Shown here piece by piece: positions 1-9,340 of a stretch of 64,000 bases of DNA. The notes beneath the pieces were generated by a model. It had not been told where the DNA came from, searched no databases, and was given only the letters and a program-made list of their open reading frames with translations. How positions within the stretch are numbered: the first letter of the stretch is position 1; each line of letters begins with the position of its first letter. Source of the stretch: an uncultured bacterium (GTDB lineage Bacteria; Acidobacteriota; Thermoanaerobaculia; Multivoradales; JAHZIX01); contig CBDUPA010000012.1 of assembly GCA_965368975.1 (NCBI GenBank), positions 128,001 to 192,000 of the forward strand, read 5' to 3'. Made by a program: the position numbers and the translations under genes.

Positions 1-2
1 TC

Positions 3-3000
3 GAGCTGCCCGAGCTGAACACCGCCAATTACAGTGAAGATGGCGACTGGCCGTCGATCGTGCTCGACTTCGTGCTCTTGCGCACCATGGGATTGATCCG
101 CTATCGCCATGGCATCTACCAGGTGGCTTCGCCGCGCGATTGCGGCCCGGTGCGAACGGCCGATCTCGAGTATCCGGAGACCAAAGACAAAGAAGATCCT
201 GAAGCAGAAGAAGCCAAGAAGGATCGCGAAGAAGATAAGCGACTGGTGCGCCGCCGCTTCTTCGACTGGCTCGACCTGGCTCCCGACCCCGTCGAGGCCG
301 CGGAGCGACTGAAGAAGAAGGCCGAGCGTGAGCCGGTATTGCACCTCTTCATCTCTCCCTTGCTGCACCGGGTGCGGCAGGGCCACAGCCCGTGGATCTT
401 GATGGCTGCGATCCTGCGCTGTAGTTGCTTGCGCGCCGGTCGAGACCCTTCGCCGTGGCGCTGGGTTCGCGAACAGGAGGCGCAAGGCAAGATCGACCAG
501 GAGGCCATCCAGACGGTATGCGAGGACCGTGACAGGTTTCTCGACCGTTTCGCGCCAGCACCCCTGAAGCCCTCACCACAGCCCGAGGTCGATGAGGGGG
601 AAGTCGAGGGGAGAAAGACGGACGTCTGGAAGTTCGAAGAGACGGAGATCGTCATTCCCAAGATCTTTCGGCCCCAGGAGGGAGATCCGGAGCCGCCGAT
701 CGATACCTTTCACCTGCTGCGTGAGAACTGGCAGGTATCCGGCTGGGCGACCGATCTCGAGACGCAGAAACAGCAGGGTTTCAAACCGCTGCAGGTGAGC
801 CATTTCCGCCTGGGTCTTTTTGACCACTGTCAACACCGGGAGTCGAGAGAGCCCGAGTTGACAAAGGCCTTCGAGAAGCGACTCAAGTGCACGTCCAGGC
901 TCTTGCATCGGGGGCTGGTTCGGTTGTGGGTCGATCTCAAGCGCGAGCAGGTAGAAGAGCAGGCTCTCGCCACCGGTGAGCGCCGCCATCGCCTGCTCGA
1001 TGAAGCACTACAGCAAAGCTTGAAGATCCTGGAGAAGTTGGTCGTGGATCCGCTGAAGGACGCTCCCGGCAAGGAGAAAGAGGGCGAGTGCTTGAGCGAT
1101 CTCTTGCGCTGTCCGGTCGACTTGCCGGACCAGCCGACCCAGTTTCTGCGCAACCAGTGCTTCGATCCTGACTCGCGGTGGTTGCGGGACAGCGCCTTGG
1201 AACGACGCCTGGTAGCTCTCGGGCTGGGAGACCCGTGGCGCGCCGCGCCGCGACGGCGGGGATTGTTCCAGGAGGTGATCCTCGAGAAGCAAGCCGAGGG
1301 CGGCTGCGCTCCAGGCGAGAGCGATGATCGCCCCCGATGCACGGAGATCGCCAAAGAGCCCAAGTCCGCTGGCGAAGGCCGGGGTCGATTCCGCAAGCAG
1401 CTGAACCAGACGGTCCGAGAGTTGTTGGACTTTTCCTACCTGGGAAGGTACCGCGAGCGCTTGACTCGCACACCGCCACGTCTGACGGTCTTTGTCGTCG
1501 GTGACATGAGCGAGCCCTTTACGCGCATCAAGATGCAGCAAGTCCTCAAGGACGTTCACTCGGAACTGCTGCGGGCCTTCAGCTCCGTGTTCGAACTGAA
1601 CCGGGATGGCTTCGATCGTGCCTTGTCCGTCATGCCGATTCTCTGGATGCCGCATCCGGCGGATCCGTTCGGTGGTGAGGAGCCACTGAAGACACGCCTG
1701 GAGGAGGCGGTGATCATCGATGCGGTGCACGGTATTCGACGCTGGGTCGAGGCGGTGTTACCCGGTGCGCGGCGCCGGATCTCGCAGATTTTCATCAACA
1801 GCAGGGTCACGGACAACGCGGTCTTGAGCATGGACGACAGCGTCAACCAGACGCGCGACTTCCTATCCTTCCAACTGCGCAATGACCTATCGCGCGATGA
1901 CTGGCTGCGTCGGACCGCGGTGGGTCCGGGGGGCGACGACTACTTCGCCTCGTTCGCCTGCTGCGAGATCGAGTTCCCGGCGGAGAGGGCGCGCGAATAC
2001 CTGGCCAATCGCATCGCTCGCGACTGCTTGCGTCAGCTGCAGGTGGAAGCTGAATGGCGGGGGCGCGAGGCGGTCAAGGTACCCGATCCCTCATCCATGG
2101 AAGAGCTGGTCGGAGAGGCGAGTTCGCGTCTGCAGCAGGAGACGGAAAGGGAGGCGAAGGGTCTGACGGACGCCATCTGGAATGCCCTGCCGCAGGGCGA
2201 GAGCTCCCGGCGCTGCATGCCGCGCAAGGAGATCCTGAGCCACTTCTCGGAGCGTTTCGAAAGCCGACTGTGGGCGGACATCACGCGACTGTGGCGACAG
2301 CTGACCCAGCGTCGAGGTCACATGGATGACTTTGTCGATTCCTTGCGACACCAGATCTCCCGGCAGCTGCATGGTGCGCTGCCCGACATCCGGCGTCAGA
2401 GTGACGACGAGGTGTACCAGGCCAGTGGGCAAGGTATCCAGGCGGCACTCTCGCGCCTGCAGGAACGCCGCTGGCAAGCCTTCAAGCAGCTGCAGGAGGC
2501 GGAGGAAGAACGTCTCCAGGCCGAGGAGGCCTGCCAGCAGAATCAGCGGCCGAACCGTGGCAGGCTGTCGCGGGCCCGTCTGGCAGTCACGGAGGCAGCG
2601 AAAGCCAAGCCGGATTGTGGTCCGCAGCGCTTCGGTCTTCTCGCCTGGGGCCTGTTGGCTCCGATCACCGCGGTGTTGCCCGCTCGTTTGTTGGAGTCCG
2701 AACTGGGCTGGTGGGCGTTGCCTTTGGTGATTGTTTTGCTGATCGTATTGGCGGGTGTCTCGCTCTGGGCCTTGACGCGCCATCGGTATCGTCAGCTGCA
2801 GGCCGCGATCGAGACGATGGCATCGGCCGTTCATCGCATGGTGTCCGGCGGCAGTGACTCTAGCCTGGTGGCGGCCGGGGCGTCCTTGCGTTCCTTCCTG
2901 GAGACCCGCCTGCGCCTGACCGCGGCGCTGGCCCGGCGCGGCTTTTCGCTCCACGTATTCGAGCAAGCGGCGGTGGATGAAGCTCTGGGTCTGCGCTTGC

Positions 3001-3869
3001 GCGAGAGCGTCGACATCCAGCTGCACAAGATGATGCGCCGAGCCGAGAGCCTCAAGGTACGTCCCGGCGGAGCCAGTGGCAACGAGCGCGATGATCTGCG
3101 AGATCTCTTTGTGCGGCGCGCCGGAGAACGCGTCGAGAAGCTGATCGATCCCGACCACCTGCTCGAGTACTACCACACCCGCGTGCGTCCGGACGACGTA
3201 CCGGTGCAGGAGTTCATCGAGCAGGTCGGTGGTCTCCAAGATTGGCGCCGAACCGCGTGCCTGTCCGATTCCACGGCGGTCATGGCATGGGGACAGGAAC
3301 TCTTCACTACCCTGGTCGACAAACCGATCACGGAACTCGACTACTTCACCGAGGCGGTGGGGGAGCAGTTGCGGCGATTCGTCCTGCGCAATTACTCGAA
3401 TATCGGTTTCGGGGCCAAGTTCCTGGGCTACGAAGGGCTGGATCCGGATGGCATCCGCCTGGTCGCCGATGCTTCCCTGGTGGCCGACCAGGCCTTGCTG
3501 CATGCCTATGCCTGGGCCGTGGAGCAGCAGGAAGACCATGCCCGTCGCAACCGTGAGGTGAGTCGCGCGGCGCGCACGCTGGAGACGATCGCGGCCAAGG
3601 TCCGACCCAATGCCGCCTACATGCTCTCCTTGGTCCAGGGCGTGCGAGCCCACAGCGTACACAACCTGAAGCGCTTCGAGTCGTTCCATGATCGACCCGA
3701 GGGTCCGGACTCGGACGCGATCCACTACCTGACGGGCTATGAAGAGAAAGCCAAAGAGTTTTACCAGTGGATCAGCGCCGAGGATGCCGCGCCGCGCGCA
3801 CGGCAGGACGAAAATACTACGACTGCCAGCTCTGGGGAGATAGAAGATCATGGACCCGACGTGGATTGA
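3..3869 (+). CDS. Large membrane-anchored protein with degenerate tubulin/FtsZ-like (Tubulin_2-type) domain; 5'-truncated by the window edge
   Basis: The frame is open from base 3 (ELPELNTANYSEDGDWPSIV...). TVFVVGDMSEP / VMPILWMP / ISQIFINSR / FASFACCEIEFPAERAREYLANRIA follow the order of Tubulin_2-family elements, but the GGGTGSG signature is absent. A coiled-coil region and two TM helices (FGLLAWGLLAPITAVL; WWALPLVIVLLIVLAGVSLWAL) follow. Confidence 0.55.
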   Translation, partial: ELPELNTANYSEDGDWPSIVLDFVLLRTMGLIRYRHGIYQVASPRDCGPVRTADLEYPETKDKEDPEAEEAKKDREEDKRLVRRRFFDWLDLAPDPVEAAERLKKKAEREPVLHLFISPLLHRVRQGHSPWILMAAILRCSCLRAGRDPSPWRWVREQEAQGKIDQEAIQTVCEDRDRFLDRFAPAPLKPSPQPEVDEGEVEGRKTDVWKFEETEIVIPKIFRPQEGDPEPPIDTFHLLRENWQVSGWATDLETQKQQGFKPLQVSHFRLGLFDHCQHRESREPELTKAFEKRLKCTSRLLHRGLVRLWVDLKREQVEEQALATGERRHRLLDEALQQSLKILEKLVVDPLKDAPGKEKEGECLSDLLRCPVDLPDQPTQFLRNQCFDPDSRWLRDSALERRLVALGLGDPWRAAPRRRGLFQEVILEKQAEGGCAPGESDDRPRCTEIAKEPKSAGEGRGRFRKQLNQTVRELLDFSYLGRYRERLTRTPPRLTVFVVGDMSEPFTRIKMQQVLKDVHSELLRAFSSVFELNRDGFDRALSVMPILWMPHPADPFGGEEPLKTRLEEAVIIDAVHGIRRWVEAVLPGARRRISQIFINSRVTDNAVLSMDDSVNQTRDFLSFQLRNDLSRDDWLRRTAVGPGGDDYFASFACCEIEFPAERAREYLANRIARDCLRQLQVEAEWRGREAVKVPDPSSMEELVGEASSRLQQETEREAKGLTDAIWNALPQGESSRRCMPRKEILSHFSERFESRLWADITRLWRQLTQRRGHMDDFVDSLRHQISRQLHGALPDIRRQSDDEVYQASGQGIQAALSRLQERRWQAFKQLQEAEEERLQAEEACQQNQRPNRGRLSRARLAVTEAAKAKPDCGPQRFGLLAWGLLAPITAVLPARLLESELGWWALPLVIVLLIVLAGVSLWALTRHRYRQLQAAIETMASAVHRMVSGGSDSSLVAAGASLRSFLETRLRLTAALARRGFSLHVFEQAAVDEALGLRLRESVDIQLHKMMRRAESLKVRPGGASGNERDDLRDLFVRRAGERVEKLIDPDHLLEYYHTRVRPDDVPVQEFIEQVGGLQDWRRTACLSDSTAVMAWGQELFTTLVDKPITELDYFTEAVGEQLRRFVLRNYSNIGFGAKFLGYEGLDPDGIRLVADASLVADQALLHAYAWAVEQQEDHARRNREVSRAARTLETIAAKVRPNAAYMLSLVQGVRAHSVHNLKRFESFHDRPEGPDSDAIHYLTGYEEKAKEFYQWISAEDAAPRARQDENTTTASSGEIEDHGPDVD

Positions 3870-6800
3870 TGTTGCCTGGCAGGTGATCTGGCAGGCCATT
3901 GCCGGCGTCTTGGTCTGGCTCGATAGCCAGTCGCTCTATGTGATCCTCGGCTGTGTGGGCGGCCTGCTGAGCTTTGTCTATGGTTTGGCATATGGCCTGC
4001 AATGGCGGCTCGTCAAGTTTCTCGAGCCGCGACCGGAACAGACAGCGCCGCTGGGACGTTGGGAGGCCATGTCTTCCCTCTTGGCACCGGTGACGGTCGT
4101 ATTCTTCGTGCTGGAGGGCATCACCCGCTCGCTGCATCGCCGGGTGCGAGGTTCGAAGGAACCAGACTGGAAGGTCAAGCACTCGAGTTCCGCCAAGAAC
4201 CATGGCAAGCCGATCTTGATCGCGACCTTGGGGCCGACCTTTCTGCTCGCCGGTGTCTTCACTGCTGTGGTCTACTGGTTGGCCCGTCTCGGCGAGCCTC
4301 TGTTCGCCGAAGCGTTCTCTCATGCGGGTCCATATCCTTTCTGGGAGTCCAAGCTGCTCAGTGCCTTGTTGGTCCTCGAAGCTCCGCCAGACATCTTCCC
4401 GTTGGCGAGCCATCCCAAGGTATCGCTGGTCCTGAGCTTGCTCTTCTGGACAGCTCTCTGGTGGACGTGCGGCAATCTGCTGCGAGGCTTCGTCTATCGA
4501 ACCGACTTGCAGCGCAACCTGGCGGGCCGCCGCGATACAGCCTTGCCGCTGTGGACCTCCTGGTTCGGGGTCAAGAAGCTGACCGAGGCCGGTGAGGCCT
4601 ACCGGGGTTGGGCCGCCTGGCTGGTGACGGCGGTCATCCTGCTGACCGTCGGTGCTGGCATGACGCTGAACCCGGCTCCCGGCTCTACCACTGCCGGTGT
4701 TGTTGATGGCCTGGAGCCAGCAGTCCAGGTTTCGCCGTCCGCGCTCGCCGTCGCCTTGATCCTCGCCTTGTCTTGGGTGCTGCACCTGCACCTCAAAGGC
4801 AAGCATTTTGAGCCGGAGCCCAAGTCCCGAAGGGAAGCGATCGTGCCGTCGGAAGGCCTGCCGGGATGGCAGCGTGTCGTGGCCAAGTTGGAGGAACGGT
4901 ATCGCCTGACGCCGCCGGAGTTTCGCGGCGAGCGACCGTTGCTGGCCCCCGCGTTCACCGTACCTACAACGGCTCTCCAGGTGCTCTCGCCCCTGGTTCC
5001 TGAACTCCTGCAGGAGCCGGAGCAGAGTCCGGAAATCCGGCAGACACCGCCGCTGAACGTGATGCAGGCGAAGGTGCTCGAAAGTCTTTCGCTGTTTGGC
5101 TATGTCCACCTGCAGCCCCCCACCACCGGCGATGTCCTGGAACTTTCGAGTAGTGGTCCAGGAGCGGTCGAGGACCGTAGTGGGTTATCTGAGCGCCACC
5201 AGATCGTGCTGGCCCCCGAGGGCAGTGGCAAGACGACTCTGGCCATACTCGCCGCCGCCAACAATACCCTCGTGCATGCCCGAGCGACGCTGCTGATCAC
5301 GCGGTCGGGGGAACAAGCGGACGAACTCCAGCTCAAGTTCCAGGAGGTCGTCGAGCCCTCCACGGTGCGCTGGAACCTGCGGTTTCGCCGCATGGGCCAA
5401 GACTTCGCGTCAGACCTCAGTCGCGACATCGTGCCCGACATCGTGATCTCGAGCCTGCACGAACTCACCACCGGCATGCTCGACAACGCGGAGGTCTATG
5501 CCGACTTCCTGCGCAACGTCGGGCTCGTGGTAGTGGACGATGTAGAGTCCTTCGCCGGAGCCGTCGAGATTCACGCCCAGCTGGCCTTCCGCCGTCTCCG
5601 CCTGCTCTTCCGGCAAGTTTCCGAGGTCGAACAGCTCGGTGAGGCCAACGCACCGTTGATGCTGATCCTGGGCGTCGATTCGATGAAAGAAATGGCTGCC
5701 TGGGCCAAGAGTCTGTGCGGTGTCCAGGCCGTGGTGCGGAACTTTCCCGCCGCCATGGCGGAGACCGACCAGTCGAAAGACAGCGCATCAGAGGGCAGTC
5801 CATCAGGGGACAGGTCATCAGGGGACAGTACATCAGGGGATAGAGCCTCCGAGGAGGGCGCGCGACAGCAGAAATGGCTTCCGTTCAGCGCCCTGCAAAG
5901 CCACCAGGGGCGGCAACTGACCGTGCCGGAGGTCGTCGCCGCCTGTGAAGCCGCTGGCGTGCCCTGGTGCTATCGACCCTGCGGTGACGGTCGTCGGCAT
6001 CGAGGCCGTGGTCCGCTACTCCTGGAGCAGGAGCCCGAGCACGCCACGGCATCGCCACGGGATGCCTGTGTGATCTTCTTGGATGGTCGATGGAGCGAGG
6101 TACGCAGAGAGCTGCAGCGGAGTCCGTGGGCCGGGTACCAATCGAGACGGCAAGAGGTCATCTTCCTCGTCCTGGTCGATCCCGAGGAGGCGCTGGCCTG
6201 CGGCGAACTCGACCCGGACCTGGGTTTCGAGGCCTCGCACGATCACGTGCGTCCAGACTTGGCGGAGGAACTCGTGACCTTGCCGCTGCCGGTCGTGCGC
6301 CCGCCATCGAGCCACGTCTTGCAGTCTCACCTGCTCTCCGATCTCGTGCAGAGTTGGTTCGAAGTCAAGGACCTGGTGGATACCTTCGAAGTCCCCGTGG
6401 CGCATCGTCTACGCTATTTGCAGTCGCAGGGCATGTTGCTGATGGAGGAGCGAAGCGACGTCCAGGCCGCACTGAAGGAGTACGAAGCCAAAGTTTACGT
6501 ACGTGCCCTTGCAGCCTCCCTGGCCATCGACGAGGCCGGAGGCAGCGCCAACGACGGCATCATCGAGTATCCGCCCCTGGACAAGGTGCGACAAGTCGAG
6601 CTGGTGGCCAGGTCGGCGGTGACGATCCGCAATCGAGCCGATCACACGCTGCTGCGCACGGTCGAGGCCGATAGCGCGGCCTGGATCTACTACCCGGGGC
6701 GCATCTTCGAGGACTCTCGCGGCCGCTTCGTCGTGGTCGGCCGAGTCCGTCGAGGAGATCGACTGGGTGCCATCGAGGTCGAGCCCGTATTGCACGACAA

Positions 6801-7797
6801 CTTTTCCAGTCCACGGCGTTGGTTCGAGCGCATCGAGCCGGAGACCTCGAGCCGAGAGAAACTCTCCGTCGCCGCCGACTCCGACTCGTCGGCGCACTGC
6901 GAGGCGCACGGCTATGCTCTGTATGAAAAGGAACCGGTTCTGCTGGGGCGGCACAGCATCGAACTCGGCCTGGTCGCGATCGAACTGAAGCTACATTCGT
7001 TGGCGGTCTTCCGACTCGACAGGTCGACCTTCGAGGTGCGCGCGCGGGAGATTCACGCGCAGCGAGCGCAGAGCGAGTTTCCGCCGGCAGAACTGCAGAC
7101 AATCGCGGTCTCGTTGCACCCCAATCCCCAGGAATCGAGCCCATCTGCTCCGAAGCTGCACCTGGCGGCAGCGCGCTTGCTCACCGCGCTGTTGCGCTTT
7201 GTGCTGCCGCTGATCTATCGCAACGTCCAGGATCGCTTGGAGGTCGCGTTGATCTTCCCGGGGGAGGACGGCGACAAGAGGTTCACAGCACCGTGGGATT
7301 CGGAGCTGGAGTCCGAGGCGGCCCTCTACCTCTTCGACCTGCACCAGGGGGGAGATGGCACTGCGCGGGCTCTGTACCGGGATGGCGTCGAGCTACCGCT
7401 GCGCTTCTGCCGACACTTCCTGGCCACGGACGTGGACGTGGAGCGGATCTTCCGGCTCCATGGGCACGAGAGTAGCTTGCAGGAGGTCAAGGTAACCCAT
7501 GGAGGTCCCGAGGCGGTTGGGAACGATGCTGAGCCAGAGGACGAGATACTGGAAGCGTGGCCTTGGCAAGAGATCCGTGCTGGGTTGCTGGCCTGGTTGG
7601 ATAGTCGTCTTCATCCGGAGTCCGTCTCCTGGGCCGAGGCCGAAGCGTCGGCTGCTGAGGAGGTTACGGAGGATACTGAACTAGAGGCAGAAGACCTGGA
7701 GGCAAGTGCCCCGGGCGATCACGCACAGACCGCTGAAAGTTCCACCGTCGAAGAAGCCACCGCCGAAGAGTCCACTGCTGAGACGGAAGAGGCTTGA
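3850..7797 (+). CDS. Multi-TM protein fused to a degenerate SF2 (YprA/MrfA-like) helicase with DUF1998-like C-terminus
   Basis: The first ~320 aa contain several hydrophobic helices. Walker A is APEGSGKT. Walker B reads VVVDDVE rather than DEAH. YYPGRIF matches the YprA YPGA.Y element, and LYLFDLHQGGDG matches the DUF1998 YD..PGG.G element without the Zn-binding Cys cluster. Acidic tail. Overlaps the upstream ORF by 20 bp. Confidence 0.65.
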   Translation: MDPTWIDVAWQVIWQAIAGVLVWLDSQSLYVILGCVGGLLSFVYGLAYGLQWRLVKFLEPRPEQTAPLGRWEAMSSLLAPVTVVFFVLEGITRSLHRRVRGSKEPDWKVKHSSSAKNHGKPILIATLGPTFLLAGVFTAVVYWLARLGEPLFAEAFSHAGPYPFWESKLLSALLVLEAPPDIFPLASHPKVSLVLSLLFWTALWWTCGNLLRGFVYRTDLQRNLAGRRDTALPLWTSWFGVKKLTEAGEAYRGWAAWLVTAVILLTVGAGMTLNPAPGSTTAGVVDGLEPAVQVSPSALAVALILALSWVLHLHLKGKHFEPEPKSRREAIVPSEGLPGWQRVVAKLEERYRLTPPEFRGERPLLAPAFTVPTTALQVLSPLVPELLQEPEQSPEIRQTPPLNVMQAKVLESLSLFGYVHLQPPTTGDVLELSSSGPGAVEDRSGLSERHQIVLAPEGSGKTTLAILAAANNTLVHARATLLITRSGEQADELQLKFQEVVEPSTVRWNLRFRRMGQDFASDLSRDIVPDIVISSLHELTTGMLDNAEVYADFLRNVGLVVVDDVESFAGAVEIHAQLAFRRLRLLFRQVSEVEQLGEANAPLMLILGVDSMKEMAAWAKSLCGVQAVVRNFPAAMAETDQSKDSASEGSPSGDRSSGDSTSGDRASEEGARQQKWLPFSALQSHQGRQLTVPEVVAACEAAGVPWCYRPCGDGRRHRGRGPLLLEQEPEHATASPRDACVIFLDGRWSEVRRELQRSPWAGYQSRRQEVIFLVLVDPEEALACGELDPDLGFEASHDHVRPDLAEELVTLPLPVVRPPSSHVLQSHLLSDLVQSWFEVKDLVDTFEVPVAHRLRYLQSQGMLLMEERSDVQAALKEYEAKVYVRALAASLAIDEAGGSANDGIIEYPPLDKVRQVELVARSAVTIRNRADHTLLRTVEADSAAWIYYPGRIFEDSRGRFVVVGRVRRGDRLGAIEVEPVLHDNFSSPRRWFERIEPETSSREKLSVAADSDSSAHCEAHGYALYEKEPVLLGRHSIELGLVAIELKLHSLAVFRLDRSTFEVRAREIHAQRAQSEFPPAELQTIAVSLHPNPQESSPSAPKLHLAAARLLTALLRFVLPLIYRNVQDRLEVALIFPGEDGDKRFTAPWDSELESEAALYLFDLHQGGDGTARALYRDGVELPLRFCRHFLATDVDVERIFRLHGHESSLQEVKVTHGGPEAVGNDAEPEDEILEAWPWQEIRAGLLAWLDSRLHPESVSWAEAEASAAEEVTEDTELEAEDLEASAPGDHAQTAESSTVEEATAEESTAETEEA
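5800..5842 (+). repeat. 15-bp tandem repeat (about 3 copies, catcaggggacag..) encoding an SGD-rich linker
   Basis: ccatcaggggacaggtcatcaggggacagtacatcaggggata encodes PSGDRSSGDSTSGD. Confidence 0.8.
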
Positions 7798-7801
7798 AGA
7801 G

Positions 7802-8623
7802 TCAAGAATGCGGACGCAAGTGGAACTCGTTCAAAGAGTAGTTCGCAATCGGAACCTCGAGGTAATCGTTTTCGTACAAGTGTTTGCGTAGGAGTCTTGA
7901 GAGTGCTTCTGGCGAGTCGATGTTGATCTTCTCCAAGACAGCGACGAGCATTACATTCCTTTGTTCCCGTGTTTTATCGGCACCTTTTCTTGAGCAGTCG
8001 GGATCCTTAAAGCGCCCGAGGTTTACGGAATACAGTTTCCTGCCGCCAGACAGGTCGGCAATGGTGCGTACCCAAGAGATCAGCTGGTCCGCTCTGGAGC
8101 GCGCGCGCTCTTCTTCCAGATGGTGGATGGCCGCGATCTCACAGGAGGCCATGCCAATGGCAATAATGTCGGTGGCCTGTTCAACACTCGCTTGTAGTCC
8201 GGTAGAATTCAGGAACGCAAAGACATCTGCTTCTTTATTTCCAGCATTCATGATGACATCAGCCCGCCCGATGGGCCAGTAGTGTTCGCGGTCCAGAATG
8301 GCGATGTCCATCCAAACTTCCTCACCATTGGGGCCGTTCGCCTGGACGCGTCTTGTGTCCGTTCCCTCAGTAGGAAGATGTCCTGGTTCAAAACAAGGAG
8401 AGGGACAGGGACGTGGAAGCTCAGGGCCGTCGATATCGGGAGGATCATCGCTGCCAACATCGTTATCTAGAAGATCATTGATAACCACTGGAGGGTCTTG
8501 GGGTCCGGCTGCAAACTGGCTGCTGTACTTTTCTAGGTAAGGCTCGACTGTTACAGACAGGACCAGTGAGAAGAAGGCGCTTACAGAGGCCCATAATAGA
8601 TCCTTCTTTGTAAAGAAACTCAT
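7802..8623 (-). CDS. Membrane-anchored hypothetical protein with possible degenerate OmpA-like domain
   Basis: Likely start is ATG 8623 (MSFFTKKDLLWASVSAFFSLVLSV, TM) followed by a Pro/Asp linker. IIAIGMASCE...EERARSRADQL resembles the OmpA I.G.AS...LS..RA motif. Lower GC than the flanks. Confidence 0.45.
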   Translation of the reverse strand: MSFFTKKDLLWASVSAFFSLVLSVTVEPYLEKYSSQFAAGPQDPPVVINDLLDNDVGSDDPPDIDGPELPRPCPSPCFEPGHLPTEGTDTRRVQANGPNGEEVWMDIAILDREHYWPIGRADVIMNAGNKEADVFAFLNSTGLQASVEQATDIIAIGMASCEIAAIHHLEEERARSRADQLISWVRTIADLSGGRKLYSVNLGRFKDPDCSRKGADKTREQRNVMLVAVLEKINIDSPEALSRLLRKHLYENDYLEVPIANYSLNEFHLRPHS

Positions 8624-8633
8624 TATCTGATTC

Positions 8634-9188
8634 CTATGAAATGACGGTGATAAGTCCAACCAGTAGGCCACCAACACCGACGAACAAGCTGGCAGAGGAA
8701 ATCCATTTTTCACGCTTGCGCTGTGCAGATTGCTCTTGCATCTGTTGTTTTAGATGCTGTGTTAGGGGCTGCAAGAGATGGTTATTGCTCGGCAGATTCT
8801 CGTCCAGACGTTTGAGGTGTAATTGAATGTCTTTGGGCAATCCTTGAAACGGCTCTTCTGACTCCAGCTGTTTTAGGAAATCTTCGATTCTGTCTAGGAA
8901 GGTCGAAGGAGTCTCATCCATCTCACCTGTGATCACTCTGCTGAGAAGACTCTCGAGGGAGTGCTTGAGGCCGACGGTATTAACGTCATGTGTCCGGGCA
9001 AGGCTTCGAACTCGAGACCAGGTCACATCTTCGTGACTCAATGCTTTGGTGAGATCTTCTCTGAAGTTTGCCAACTCTTTGGGGCGTTCGTTGCGTTCCT
9101 TCACTTCTGAGAGAAAAGCGACCATACCAACAGAACTGCCGATAGCAGTCCCGAGCAAGACGAGAATTAGGATATAGGTAATTTCCAT
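8634..9188 (-). CDS. Hypothetical protein with N- and C-terminal TM helices
   Basis: 184-aa ORF with hydrophobic ends (ITYILILVLLGTAIG; LFVGVGGLLVGLITVIS) and a helical middle. Low GC; 10 bp from the next gene. Confidence 0.65.
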   Translation of the reverse strand: MEITYILILVLLGTAIGSSVGMVAFLSEVKERNERPKELANFREDLTKALSHEDVTWSRVRSLARTHDVNTVGLKHSLESLLSRVITGEMDETPSTFLDRIEDFLKQLESEEPFQGLPKDIQLHLKRLDENLPSNNHLLQPLTQHLKQQMQEQSAQRKREKWISSASLFVGVGGLLVGLITVIS

Positions 9189-9340
9189 AGATCTGTAGAT
9201 TTCTGTGCTGGATTTCCGGGAATGGCTCCACTAAGAAGAAACGCGAGAACACGTCGATTCCCGGACCAACGGCTGTACTCAATCTCGGCGGAAAAATTCA
9301 GCTTGGCTTTCTGAGTGGCTTAGATCATGAAGACGGGCCC

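Noticed and set aside
7730-7785. 15-bp periodicity at the end of the TM-helicase gene
   Set aside because: It only reflects a low-complexity acidic tail (TAESS/TVEEA/TAEES).
8986-9282. 98-aa ORF upstream of the 2-TM gene
   Set aside because: It overlaps the better-supported 184-aa ORF in another frame and has no recognisable features.
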